A stretch of 64,000 nucleotides of DNA from Cyanidioschyzon merolae. Taxonomy: Eukaryota. Each line of letters starts with the position of its first letter. The first letter of the stretch is position 1. The translations under genes were made by a program, and so were the position numbers. Location: NCBI GenBank assembly GCA_000091205.1, contig AP006494.2; one strand, 5' to 3'. The notes under the pieces were generated by a model. That model ran no database searches, was not told the DNA's origin, and saw only the letters and a list, made by a program, of their open reading frames with translations. Shown in pieces: positions 1-9,710 of this stretch.

Positions 1-1214
1 GCTCGCTCCGCCGATGCATCCGAACGCGACGTCGACGCCGACGCTCGTACAGAGCCAGACGCTAGGGCGGCGACACGCTCGGGAGCTGTGTCCGGTCCAG
101 TTTCAGCTACACCGCCAGCGGCTCCGGGTGAGGCACCGGCGGCCGCCAACTCGGAGGCGTGCCCCGTACCCGAGAGCCGCTCGGGTCCGCGGAGCACCCG
201 CGACGCACGCTCGCGCTCGTCCTTCCGCGCTGAGAGGAAGCGCCCGTCGAGCGCGGCAGCGATGGTCGGCACCGCCACGCCCCGCCGCAGTGCCTCCGTC
301 ATCGTCCACAGGCCAGTGCCCTTGCTCTCACTCCGGTCGAGGATTTGGTCTACGAGCGCTGGCGCCGACGCTGCCGACGAAGACGTGTCAGGCACGCGTA
401 GAATGCGCGCGGTAATCTCCACGAGGAAGCTTTGCAGGGCGCCCGCGTTCCACGAGGCAAATACTTCCGCAGCCGCCATCGCATCCAAGCCAACGGCACC
501 CCGAAGCAGGTCGTATGCCTCGCCGATCAGCTGCATATCGCCGTACTCGATCCCGTTGTGCACCATCTTCACATAGTTCCCCGAGCCGCCCGGCCCAATG
601 TAGGTAACGCACGGCCCAGAGCCGGGCACCTGCGCCGCAACCTGCTCCAGCAGCGGCGCAAGCTGCTGGTACGCCTCCCGTGAACCGCCCGGCATCAGGG
701 AAGGCCCGTAGCGCGCACCCTCCTCGCCACCGCTTACGCCCATGCCTACGTACAGGAGGCCGCGTGCCGCGACAGACGCAGCACGTCGCTCCGTATTCTC
801 GTACCACTCGTTGCCGCCGTCCACGATGATGTCGCCCGGCTCCAGAACCTCAGCCAGCGCCTCGACGGTTGCGTCGACTGCGCTCCCCGCCTTCACCAGC
901 AGGAATACCCGCCGCGGACGCTTCAGCGAAACCACAAACGACCGCAGGTCCGCAAAGCCGGTAACGCTCCCGCTGGCTGTCGTGTCATCTGCCGCGAGCT
1001 CCCGCTGCGCCCGCTCAACAGTCTCCGCCGTCCGCGCATACGTTCGATTGTACACAGAGACTCGCCAGCCGTGCGACGCTAGGTTCAGTGCAAAGTTCTG
1101 ACCCATGACCGCAAGGCCAATGACACCCGCGTCCGATATTGCGCGACCTGCAGGATGTGACGACGCGCTTTCCCGGACAGCACTCGACGGAGACGAGCCC
1201 TCCGCCGCAGACAT
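1..1214 (-). CDS. PGD: 6-phosphogluconate dehydrogenase (decarboxylating), 5' part; the ORF runs off the window start with no stop, so it is absent from the ORF track
   Basis: Manual translation of the minus strand from ATG (reverse complement of cat at 1212-1214) gives MSAAEG...GVIGLAVMGQNFALNLASHGWRVSVYNRT (NAD-binding signature), ...GDIIVDGGNEWYENTERR..., GMGVSGGEEGARYGPSLMPGG, and GPGGSGNYVKMVHNGIEYGDMQLIGEAYDLL. These are canonical 6PGD motifs. No stop codon before position 1. Confidence 0.85.
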   Translation of the reverse strand, partial: MSAAEGSSPSSAVRESASSHPAGRAISDAGVIGLAVMGQNFALNLASHGWRVSVYNRTYARTAETVERAQRELAADDTTASGSVTGFADLRSFVVSLKRPRRVFLLVKAGSAVDATVEALAEVLEPGDIIVDGGNEWYENTERRAASVAARGLLYVGMGVSGGEEGARYGPSLMPGGSREAYQQLAPLLEQVAAQVPGSGPCVTYIGPGGSGNYVKMVHNGIEYGDMQLIGEAYDLLRGAVGLDAMAAAEVFASWNAGALQSFLVEITARILRVPDTSSSAASAPALVDQILDRSESKGTGLWTMTEALRRGVAVPTIAAALDGRFLSARKDERERASRVLRGPERLSGTGHASELAAAGASPGAAGGVAETGPDTAPERVAALASGSVRASASTSRSDASAER

Positions 1215-1777
1215 GACGGCAGCACCACATGCTTGTGCGCGGCGGCCTCGGAGCAGGCACCAGCGAGCGCTTCGGACCAAGCTCAGGCTCCATGTCGGGT
1301 ACGTACGCCTGGGTGTCCAGGAGTGCGCACGCGGAGGCGCCCAGCGTCCGAAGCGCACCGCAGCGACAGGTGCGGCGGCCCAGCACAGCGCACCGCCACT
1401 GGGACTCCGGCGAGTGCCCGCTGTCGTCGCCATCCTTGAGGCGATCCACAGGTGGTTTGCGTGACCGAGGGCGGCCGGCCTGTTCACCGGGTGCGCCTCC
1501 TCGGTCTGCCGCGCTCTAGACGGGACAGCGCGCAGCGACTGGCCGTCTGGTGCTGCTTCCGGGACTCCTCAGCTGCCGATCCTGTGCCCCGGCGCGAGCA
1601 CTCGGCGACTTGACGTCTGGTGCTCGCTCAAGTCTCTCACGGTCACTACGACAACACGCACGCTCAAAAGCTGAGCACAGCGGAAAACAAAACCGATCCG
1701 CGATGCACGGGGGTGCTGCAGATCGATGCAGTCCGCGTCACGAGTTCTCGCAGTAGCACGAATACCACCGACAATAA

Positions 1778-1795
1778 CAGCAGCAGCAGCAGCAG
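1778..1795. repeat. (CAG)6 microsatellite
   Basis: cagcagcagcagcagcag read directly. Confidence 0.9.
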
Positions 1796-2013
1796 CAAGC
1801 AACGCAACGTACTCGGTCCACAAACAGCCGCAGTCAGCGACGAATGAGCGGCTCGCTCAGTAGCTCGCAACTGCAGCTCCAGCACGAGTACGGAACGGAT
1901 CGCAGACAGCCGCCACGAGGCCGCAGCGCTACGCACAGCGCGCGACGCACCGTCAAGCGCTATCCTGCGCTGACGGCCGCCGCAGCAACGCAGGCGGATC
2001 GAATGCGCACGGG

Positions 2014-2022
2014 TATATATAT
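2014..2022 (+). promoter_or_regulatory. TATA-like element (tatatatat) about 21-29 nt upstream of the 5S rRNA start
   Basis: gggtatatatatgaatatgg precedes the 5S start at 2043. Upstream TATA-like elements near -28 are known for 5S genes in plants and fungi. Confidence 0.35.
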
Positions 2023-2042
2023 GAATATGGAACCTTAATCAT

Positions 2043-2165
2043 CACTTGCGTTCAAACCATAGCTGGAAACACCGCGTCCCATCTCGAATCGCGAAGTTAA
2101 GCAGCATTGGGCTCTCTGAGTACTGTGATGAGGGATCGCACGGGAAACGGGAGTGACGCAAGTTC
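2043..2165 (+). rRNA. 5S ribosomal RNA
   Basis: CCCATCTCGAATCGCGAAGTTAAGCAGCATTGGGC...GAGTACTGTGATGAGGGATCGCACGGGAAACGGGAGTG matches the eukaryotic/plant-type 5S consensus (CCCATC..GAAGTTAAGC..TTGGGC..AGTACT..GGGAA). The 5' ACTTGCGT (2044-2051) pairs with the 3' ACGCAAGT (2156-2163) as helix I. Length is about 122 nt. Confidence 0.8.
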
Positions 2166-2167
2166 GC

Positions 2168-2171
2168 TTTT
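2168..2171 (+). terminator. Pol III-type T-run (tttt) immediately after 5S helix I
   Basis: agttcgcttttgcc; a T4 run 4 nt after the end of helix I. Confidence 0.4.
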
Positions 2172-2876
2172 GCCACCACGTCGCGCTGACCTGTTCTAAA
2201 GCGCGCATCAGCAGACGCGAGCCGGGTAGTCTGGCGGGGAAGCACTGTGAGGCCGGCTTGCTCCGGAATACACTTGCAACCGGTGGTCCAGATCGACGAC
2301 GATAACGAGTGGGTAACTGCGGAGGCCTGGTTGCACAGAGCGATCTTGCAGCGCTACGAACCGCAACACCTGCCGATATTCTGGAGGAGGTGCGATCGCC
2401 CCCGCACGACGAACCCCGTAGCACCCAGAGGGAGTACGCACCCGCGCTACACCATGAATGCTAAAAAGGGCGGCAGGGCAGGGGCTGTCGCCCCGAACGC
2501 GTATTGCAGACAAACTAGCGCGTCACGTTCATGTGCGTCGCGTTCTAGTCCGTCGCACAGCAACAGGAGCACTGGAAAAGATCATAAGCCAGCATGCTAC
2601 CGTGCAGCGCACTGTACCGCCTTCGCTTTACGTCATACGGAACTAGACAGGAAAGTTGCCACCACGCCAGCCACGACTCCATCGATGCGAGCATCGCGCG
2701 TGCGCACGCGTGCCCGTCGCATCGACCCCTAAGCCGCCGTGTACCGAACACAACTGCCTCCGTTCGTCGCGAATGCGCAGCAACCTTCCCTCTGACACAG
2801 AAAAACACATCGTGTCCATCACAGACGCCGGTGACAAGGCCGCGTATAGCACCAACGAACTCGCCACGAATCCGCA

Positions 2877-5800
2877 TCAGCATTGTTTGCGAGTATCTCG
2901 CGCCACGGTCCATTCCGGGATCGAGGCATTCAACGCCGTCGCCGGGGATGCGCCCAGAGTCGCCGTGCTCGAGAGCGCCTCGCGTCGTGCAACTAAATTC
3001 AAGCGCTCTGCGAAAAGCTCCTTCCGGTAAATCTCTACCTGCTCCCGCTCCCGAAGGAACTCCTCTTCGAGCTGCTCAAGTACTTTCATCTTTTCTTCGA
3101 GTTTCCTCACCTGAGTCTCGATCGCCTGTTCAGTAGCCCGGTGCAGCTCTAGATGCTCAATGGCGGCGAGCTCCGCGGCCCGAGTGGCCGCAGCGCCAAG
3201 CGCCGTTGCCGCAACGGCCTGGATTGCATTCGCATCCGCAAGCGCTTCCGGTGGTGCGTCGCTTTTCATGATCGCTGCCAACGCGGCCCGGGCAGCAGCA
3301 GCAGCGACATCCGGCGAGACGCTGTTCGCGAGAAACGCAATATGCGCCATCAAGGGGTTTCCGGCGTCGGCGAAGAGCGGCGGCTCGTTTCGTTCGGTCT
3401 GCGCCGTCTCGCCAGCTACAGCGGGTACCGCTAAACGACTCAAATCATCCTCGAGAAACGGATCTTCAATGGGTAGACGAATGAATTTGGTGATGCACGC
3501 ATCGCGGGAACGAGTGCCAACGTGCTGAGCAACCGCATCCCAGTCATCACCGTATGCCTCGATTCCTTCGAGAAGCTGCAGCACCTCAACATCAGTCCAG
3601 TCGTCCGTGCTCGGAGCTGTGAGGGTTCCAGTGGCGCTAGCCGCCGACCCCAGCGATAGAACAGGTCTTAATTCGATGAAATCTTTTCCATTGAAGTCCT
3701 CGGGAAACTTGCCCTGATGGTAGCATTCGGGGCACAGGTCCATATCGGCCTTGAGCAAACAGTGGTACCGGCGTTGGGAGCAGTCTCTCCCGCACACGTC
3801 ACACTGGTACTCAATGGCTGCCGCTGCGGCATATAATTCACGGCGCGTTGCCATGGGCGCCAGATGCATGCGCGATTTCGGAATACGCGACCCGTCGTCA
3901 AACAAGAATATGCGAGGAAGTCCGCCCTCAAGACCAGCTGAGCTTGCTGCCAGGCTTCCCGAGCTGGTGGAGATAAGCGTCGCACCGGAACCCGAAAACC
4001 CGCCGCTAACAGTCTGTGGGCGCGTCTCGGGTGCCACTCCGTAGTTAATCAGGCCCCACTGCTCCAGAAAGGCGTGCACACGCATGACGGCACCCACATC
4101 GCCAGCGAGATGCCTCCGAACAGCTGTGCCTGTTAGGTAGCGGGTCGGATCCTGCCGCCACGTGTCAATCATAAAATTTCGGTAAAGCATGTATACTTCG
4201 GGCGTTTTCGAAGCAAATTTCCCAGAGAAAAACTCCGGCAACGCGCGTCGCTCAATGTCGTGAATCGCATCGATGCGAAACCATCGGCTGTGCGCGGGAA
4301 CACGAATCGGCGACTTTTCACCAATCGCCGTGGCAGCAGCCGCAGCCGGAAGCGTTTCCCGCTCCGCGAGGCCACCGAGTGCCTCGGCGACGCGACGCGG
4401 TGCAAGCGATTCTCGATCACGTGGCGCGTGTGCTGCCGGCCCCGGAAGCGCATCCTCTTCGGCTGCCGCAGCGTCATTCCGCTCTTTTCGTCGTTCGCGT
4501 AATGCTTCTCGCTGCTGTGCTAACCTCTTCTGTAGCTGCTCATCCCGCGAAGATGCAGTTACATTGCGCATGCGCAGTGTCGCGTCATCTGGAACTAGCG
4601 GACGCACCGCTGGGCGTGAAATGCGCGGTGCAGCGCCGGCCGCAGCGCTTGGCTGCTCCGCATCGACCGCAGCGCCAGTCTCCGTTGTGAACGTGATCGG
4701 GCCAGCAATATTCGGTGCCGGAACTTGCTCCGCGGGTGCATTGCTCGAGCTTCCCGCGTCCTGGCTCGCTATCGGCGGTGCCAAGCGAACCTTGATCTTC
4801 ATCGGCTCTGCGGATTCCTCTCGGACGGCGCGCACCGTCACCCGTTCTGGCGTGCCGTCTGGCTCCGGCTTCACGGGACTCGGTTCAGCGGATTTTCGTT
4901 TCGACGGCGTCGGTGCTGCGGTCTTCGACTCGGATCCTCGCAGGTGGCCATCGATGCGCGAGGCCGATGGCGGTTTCCACTCATCGACATTGAGCTTCTC
5001 CTCTTCGGGTATTACCTCATAGTCGTTTTCATTGCACCACTCATTGAACTTTTCGCAATCCTCGAGAAATCTTTTCTGCACATGCCATATTTTGCCCTCA
5101 ATCACTCCGGAGAGATTCTCCTCCTCTCCGTGCAGTTCGCCGTCGGGATCTTCTACCTCCTGAGCGGGAATCCATGAATCGTACGAATCGGGAAAGTACC
5201 ACCAGTGCGTCAGTACTTGATTCCCTTTCCTTTTCAGACTCACGCAGTAGTCCTCTGCCTCGGTCTCAGCCTCTGTCGTGCCGGGTGGATCGGGGTACAC
5301 AATATGTGTTGCCTCGCGAGGCGACGAAACGACGGACGCACCATGCTTCCTTGCAATGGCGCTGAGGCGGTCAATCTCCGCCGAACCCAATGCCGGTGCG
5401 AAAAACAACCGCGGCATCTGGAGCTGTTTCCGTTTTATCAGTTCCCGCTCAACTTCTTGGAGCATCTCTAAAAAAACTCCAGTCATATCGGGTTTGTGGA
5501 GATCAAAACGCCGTATTCCACGAGCAACCCTGAACCGAAAACAGCACTCGAGAATCGTACGCAATGAGCCGTGTGCCGAATAGTCGTGAAAGAGACGATT
5601 CGGCAGTTTCGTCATGAAACCCCGAATTTCTGGCGGCTCGACGGAGTTCCGTCCGAGAACCCGCTCTTGAAACTGAAGCAGGTTACCGGTCAGGAGGCTC
5701 AGCGCGCGCGGGGAGACGTCCACAGAGTCGCCGGGTCGAAACCCCAGTTGTTCCGGCGGTTCAGCGTTTAGCTGTGCCGAGATTGCCTCGAACTTCGCAA

Positions 5801-6044
5801 TTTGATGAGGATCCTCGTAGTCTTTCATGGATATATTACAGGACTTTACCCGCTTCCGCCGCGAATCCGCAGGTCTCTGACCTTCAGCTGACGGAAAAGC
5901 AGTGTCTTCCCGCGCATCCGCTGCAGCTCCTGTGCGCACTTCTTCAGACGGGGTAGACGTCGACTTGTTCCCGTCCGGGATGTGTGTTCCGTTGCCTTGC
6001 TGCTCTCGCGCGGTGCGGGAGCGTCTCTTCCGCGGGGGAACCAT
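2877..6044 (-). CDS. SWI/SNF complex subunit, SWI3/SMARCC family (SWIRM, ZZ zinc finger, SANT; SWI3D-like architecture)
   Basis: SWIRM: WFRIDAIHDIERRALPEFFSGKFASKTPEVYMLYRNFMIDTWRQDPTRYLTGTAVRRHLAGDVGAVMRVHAFLEQWGLINYGV. ZZ finger: YQCDVCGRDCSQRRYHCLLKADMDLCPECYHQGKFPED. SANT: DDWTDVEVLQLLEGIEAYGDDWDAVAQHVGTRSRDACITKF. C-terminal coiled coil. The track start at 6053 is a GTG; the first ATG in frame is at 6044 (MVPPRKRR). Confidence 0.85.
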   Translation of the reverse strand: MVPPRKRRSRTAREQQGNGTHIPDGNKSTSTPSEEVRTGAAADAREDTAFPSAEGQRPADSRRKRVKSCNISMKDYEDPHQIAKFEAISAQLNAEPPEQLGFRPGDSVDVSPRALSLLTGNLLQFQERVLGRNSVEPPEIRGFMTKLPNRLFHDYSAHGSLRTILECCFRFRVARGIRRFDLHKPDMTGVFLEMLQEVERELIKRKQLQMPRLFFAPALGSAEIDRLSAIARKHGASVVSSPREATHIVYPDPPGTTEAETEAEDYCVSLKRKGNQVLTHWWYFPDSYDSWIPAQEVEDPDGELHGEEENLSGVIEGKIWHVQKRFLEDCEKFNEWCNENDYEVIPEEEKLNVDEWKPPSASRIDGHLRGSESKTAAPTPSKRKSAEPSPVKPEPDGTPERVTVRAVREESAEPMKIKVRLAPPIASQDAGSSSNAPAEQVPAPNIAGPITFTTETGAAVDAEQPSAAAGAAPRISRPAVRPLVPDDATLRMRNVTASSRDEQLQKRLAQQREALRERRKERNDAAAAEEDALPGPAAHAPRDRESLAPRRVAEALGGLAERETLPAAAAATAIGEKSPIRVPAHSRWFRIDAIHDIERRALPEFFSGKFASKTPEVYMLYRNFMIDTWRQDPTRYLTGTAVRRHLAGDVGAVMRVHAFLEQWGLINYGVAPETRPQTVSGGFSGSGATLISTSSGSLAASSAGLEGGLPRIFLFDDGSRIPKSRMHLAPMATRRELYAAAAAIEYQCDVCGRDCSQRRYHCLLKADMDLCPECYHQGKFPEDFNGKDFIELRPVLSLGSAASATGTLTAPSTDDWTDVEVLQLLEGIEAYGDDWDAVAQHVGTRSRDACITKFIRLPIEDPFLEDDLSRLAVPAVAGETAQTERNEPPLFADAGNPLMAHIAFLANSVSPDVAAAAARAALAAIMKSDAPPEALADANAIQAVAATALGAAATRAAELAAIEHLELHRATEQAIETQVRKLEEKMKVLEQLEEEFLREREQVEIYRKELFAERLNLVARREALSSTATLGASPATALNASIPEWTVARDTRKQC

Positions 6045-6054
6045 GAAAAACACG

Positions 6055-6879
6055 TCACAGAGTTACTAGCTCCACCGAAAGACTTTCAATAGTCGATAGC
6101 TTGAATATCAGTATACAGTAGTGGCGAGCTGCGCGCCCTAGATCATACGTCTCCAACTGATGCGCAGATGCCTCCCTGTCTTTTTTGGACCGGCCATCTA
6201 CTACTGGTTTCAACTTGTTTCCGTAAAATTCCACCTGGAGAGGTTCCCCCACAAAGTTGGCTCTTGTCAACTCTGGAGGCCTTCTTTCCATCACCGCACA
6301 TCTCCTGATATTGATAGCGACATTAAAGTCTCGGTTCACAAACTCCATACGTTTCTTGCCATCATTGGTTGTACTATCCGATGTGATTAGTCCACGATCT
6401 TTCGCCATCCCTTCCGGTGACTGCTTCGTCAGCGCTCCGTACTTTGATATATCCACAGGGCTCCTCTGGCACTTTTCGATCTGCACGCTCTGGAGTGTGC
6501 AACCCAGCTCATGGTGTGTATACGATGTTCGGAACTCATCTACAGGTATCGTAACGAGACGCCTTGCGCACTCCTTGTACGCTCTTGTCGTCGGAGCTGG
6601 TGGACATCCTTTTTGGGTCATCCAGCGCCCTGTTCCGCACGCTACTACGAGCCTCTGACTTTCATCCTCTTTGAAGGCACTCAACTCATTGAAAAAATTC
6701 GCGAATGCACGCGGTTTCCCACAATACAAGTTCATACGCAAACGAGCCCACCGGGGCTTTGCATACTCATTCCACAGTGCATCCCAATGAGCAACGCGAA
6801 CTTCCATGAATTCCTGACAAGCTTGAAAGTCTGCTCCGCGGCTCGTCATCTGGTTCATAGCTTCAAGGTGCTCTTGCAT
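6055..6879 (-). CDS. TnpB/Fanzor-like protein, C-terminal region (RuvC-II/Zn-ribbon/RuvC-III)
   Basis: ...RRLVTIPVDEFRTSYTHHELGCTLQSVQIEKCQRS...GKKRMEFVNRDFNVAINIRRCAV. The '..yTS..C' block followed by 'NRDxNAAINI' is the hallmark C-terminus of TnpB/Cas12/Fanzor RuvC nucleases. The start is a genuine ATG at 6877-6879. Confidence 0.6.
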   Translation of the reverse strand: MQEHLEAMNQMTSRGADFQACQEFMEVRVAHWDALWNEYAKPRWARLRMNLYCGKPRAFANFFNELSAFKEDESQRLVVACGTGRWMTQKGCPPAPTTRAYKECARRLVTIPVDEFRTSYTHHELGCTLQSVQIEKCQRSPVDISKYGALTKQSPEGMAKDRGLITSDSTTNDGKKRMEFVNRDFNVAINIRRCAVMERRPPELTRANFVGEPLQVEFYGNKLKPVVDGRSKKDREASAHQLETYDLGRAARHYCILIFKLSTIESLSVELVTL

Positions 6880-7115
6880 TCCTGCATTTCACGTCTCATT
6901 TTTCCCTCGCATTCAGTATTCCCGACTCTCGGTGATATCCCGCTCGTGAGAGGTTTAACTGATGCATGTCTTTCTGGCATAAATTGCCTTCAATACCATC
7001 CTCCGCAAGCTTGGGTACTGCGATGGTTATGATATTCGTATTCCCAGGGTCCGCGCCATCGACAATGTCGTTCTCATGCACTTCCTGCGTCGTAGGATAC
7101 ACCTGCTTCTTTTCT

Positions 7116-7730
7116 TCATGCTTCGTCATGGGCGATATCGAAGACGGACCAGTACGATCTGTCTCCAAGCGCCGATTGTGTACATATATGGCTACTCCAT
7201 CGCGTTCGATCATCCCCGTGAGTACATTTCGCTTGTCCTTTTTGTGACGTTTGAAATCGAAGATATTCTTCCAAGTACGTCTCCTGCTTTGTACCGGTGA
7301 ACTCTGTCTTCCTTACATCGAACTCCGGACAGATCTCCTTCATGATGCCGTACAGGATTCTGGAGTCGATCGTCACAACGCGTGACTTGATGTTGCACAA
7401 CGGCAGGACGTTGAAGTGCTTTCCCAGAAGCGCAGCCTTCCGTTTCTCCGACTCTTCATTTTTTCCCGCGCCTACGTCCTTTCCAGTCTTGCGTTCGAGG
7501 TCTCGGTCCAAAAACACGAGATAGTGCAGGATTAGGGTATAGGATCCTTTACCATATTTTTCCATATTTGATATTTTTTCTTGTGAATTCGCCAACCCCA
7601 GTACCGCAAGGTGCTTTCGAATAGCCGCGCGGATCACAGAAGCTTCATTCCTTCTCCTGCGTGACATCTTCCCGTCGACGAGTTCGATCTCTTGTGCATT
7701 CTTACTCTCGTTCGCGACGCCATTGATCAT
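7116..7730 (-). CDS. Putative upstream (N-terminal/RuvC-I) portion of the same TnpB/Fanzor-like gene
   Basis: [43 protein letters not shown]...[22 protein letters not shown] (basic NLS-like stretch; IDS..I could be a RuvC-I DxG-like block). It sits co-linear immediately upstream of the 6055-6879 ORF. Homology is not proven. Confidence 0.3.
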   Translation of the reverse strand: MINGVANESKNAQEIELVDGKMSRRRRNEASVIRAAIRKHLAVLGLANSQEKISNMEKYGKGSYTLILHYLVFLDRDLERKTGKDVGAGKNEESEKRKAALLGKHFNVLPLCNIKSRVVTIDSRILYGIMKEICPEFDVRKTEFTGTKQETYLEEYLRFQTSQKGQAKCTHGDDRTRWSSHICTQSALGDRSYWSVFDIAHDEA

Positions 7731-9710
7731 GGCTCATCTCCCTTTCCGAGCGAGACCCGGGTACAGCGCAAAGACGGCGCGTACCATGAAGCGTTTGGCG
7801 TTCATGGTCATCTGCTTCCTCAGGTTCGTGAGGTACTTCATTGCCCCGTAGGCGTAGACCTACGCGAGTCACCTCTGTATCTAGAACCGCTGCAGCGGTA
7901 TTTGGGGTAATTCTCGTTGAGGGCATGCACTCGCTCATTTTCGCCGACGTTTCCCCTCTACCAACGATCAAGTGGCAAATAAAGGTCCTGCTGAAAAAAA
8001 TCCTCCGGAACCGCGACTGTTTTGATGTCTGTCAGGTCGCGATACATCTATTTCACCAAATGCATTAGTCCTGAAAGAGCCTTTACATTACTCACGGAGT
8101 ATGACACGACACGGTTTCTGATGGCCTCTCGCATCTTTGCCTTGTACGCATTCTTGGTATGTCCAAGAGGACAGACTCTCACCACCGACTCTTCGTACTG
8201 TCGCCTTTCTTGCAGCCTTTGATGTCGGGCTTCCTTCTTTTGCTCCTTCTTCTCGTCCTGTTCTTCTTTGCTTAGCACTATTTTTCATTCTCTCCGTAAG
8301 TCGGCGACACTGTGCCTCCGGGATCCTCCACTTGCTTTTCCATACCTTTCCTTTTTAATTTTTTATGAAAAATAACGCTCGTTAAACGCGTCTGGTAGAA
8401 ACCGCGAAAAATCACTTTCGTTCACTGACATTAGGATTAGAACACAATTGAATTGAAAAACTATACGTTTCCACAACTTTAATGCAAATACAACTTGACC
8501 GGTAGAGCAACAAGACAACGAATGGTCACGAATGCATTTCCCTTCAAAGGCGACATGCGCGTCGTGTCTCGAGGCTGCCAGGTTTGGAGATGCGCGTATC
8601 GAGCGCGCTATATAGAACAAAGAACAGAGACTCACTTGTAACTAGCAACGAGATAACGAGTTCTTTCCCTGTCTACGATCAACGTCAAAAATGGGGAAAA
8701 GATTTCCATATTGTCCAAAATATTCCTCATAGGCGGACGGTCCCGCGAGCCGGACAAGTCTACCAGGCTGGTGCTTCCTGCTCCCCCAGCGGCAGGCGCT
8801 TTCGTGAACTCCGAGCAGCGCGTCCGCAACGCCATTCATTGTGGAATTACAAGTCGGCAGAATGCTTCTGGGCGTGTCGCCCTGGTCGCAGAGGGCTCCT
8901 AATACGCTGCTTCACGCTGCCGCAGGCAGAGGGTCTGTCTGCCCAGGTATCAGCCTCTCAAAATGATATTTAGCCCTGATTCCGTAGCAGATGGAGCACG
9001 CCTCGAGCCGATGCCCTCTGTGGTATAAAAAAGCCGTTCTGGCTCTAAGAACTATCTGCTCCAGCTGTTCAGGCGCAAAGGCGGATACGGAAAGGCAGGC
9101 ACTAGGCACACGATAGGACATAGGAAACGACCAGAATATCCGAGAAGAAATGTAGGTAATGTAACTTGGATGTAGGGGGTTTGATGGATACTTCACCGTG
9201 CACTGAAAAAAAAACACACGAAAAAGTAAGAAAAGAAAAATGCGCTCCATCGGGGAACGCTGGCCTGCGTTTTGTCATCGCATCGCGCCGGCCGCCAGGC
9301 AGGCTCCTGCCCAGCAATCGCGTCCCTGCGCTACTGGCCGCAGCGTTTCGATGCATCGCATCTGTTTCACCTCCGTGCACTGCTGCGGATCTGATGCGCT
9401 CCGCGAGATCGCAGCGCGCAGCCGCCACCGGCGTGCTGGAGCGCGTTATCAAAATTCAAATAGCAGCAGCGGAGGCTCTGCGTACGCTGCTGGCCGTCGT
9501 CGTGCATCAGCGCTGCGCCGTCGCAAACGCTGCCTACGAACCTTGAAGTTGGCTTGTTGTGTGCTTGGTTTCGTCGAGTGGTTTCGTAGGAGTCTCGACA
9601 TTGTTAGGCCCGATATCCGCTCAAGTTTGTACTCGCAAAACGTCAGTTTGTGAAAAAGTTCTTGCTGCATAGCTTCGTATACGAAAAGATATTTGAGAGA
9701 GTTCTGCACC

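Larger units (their letters stand above)
6055..7730 (-). mobile_element. TnpB/Fanzor-like (OrfB_IS605-family) nuclease gene locus; three consecutive minus-strand ORFs in three frames (frameshifts or introns), in an AT-richer island; element boundaries not determined
   Basis: ORFs 7116-7730, 6896-7213 and 6055-6879 are co-linear on the minus strand. The last carries zinc-ribbon plus RuvC-III motifs. Base composition is clearly AT-richer than the flanking host genes. Confidence 0.5.

Noticed and set aside
103-5022. Numerous long GC-rich ORFs in the track (e.g. 103-309, 388-807, 1015-1449, 3160-3528, 4273-5022, 4379-4690)
   Set aside because: They lie antisense or out of frame to the well-supported 6PGD and SWI3 genes and have Arg/Ala/Pro-rich low-complexity translations typical of high-GC shadow ORFs.
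8048-8288. ORF 8048-8278 (contains NAYKAKMREAIRNRVV) as the N-terminus of the TnpB/Fanzor-like gene
   Set aside because: Only a 3-residue resemblance to the TnpB N-terminal AYK motif. It has no supporting alignment and is left unannotated.
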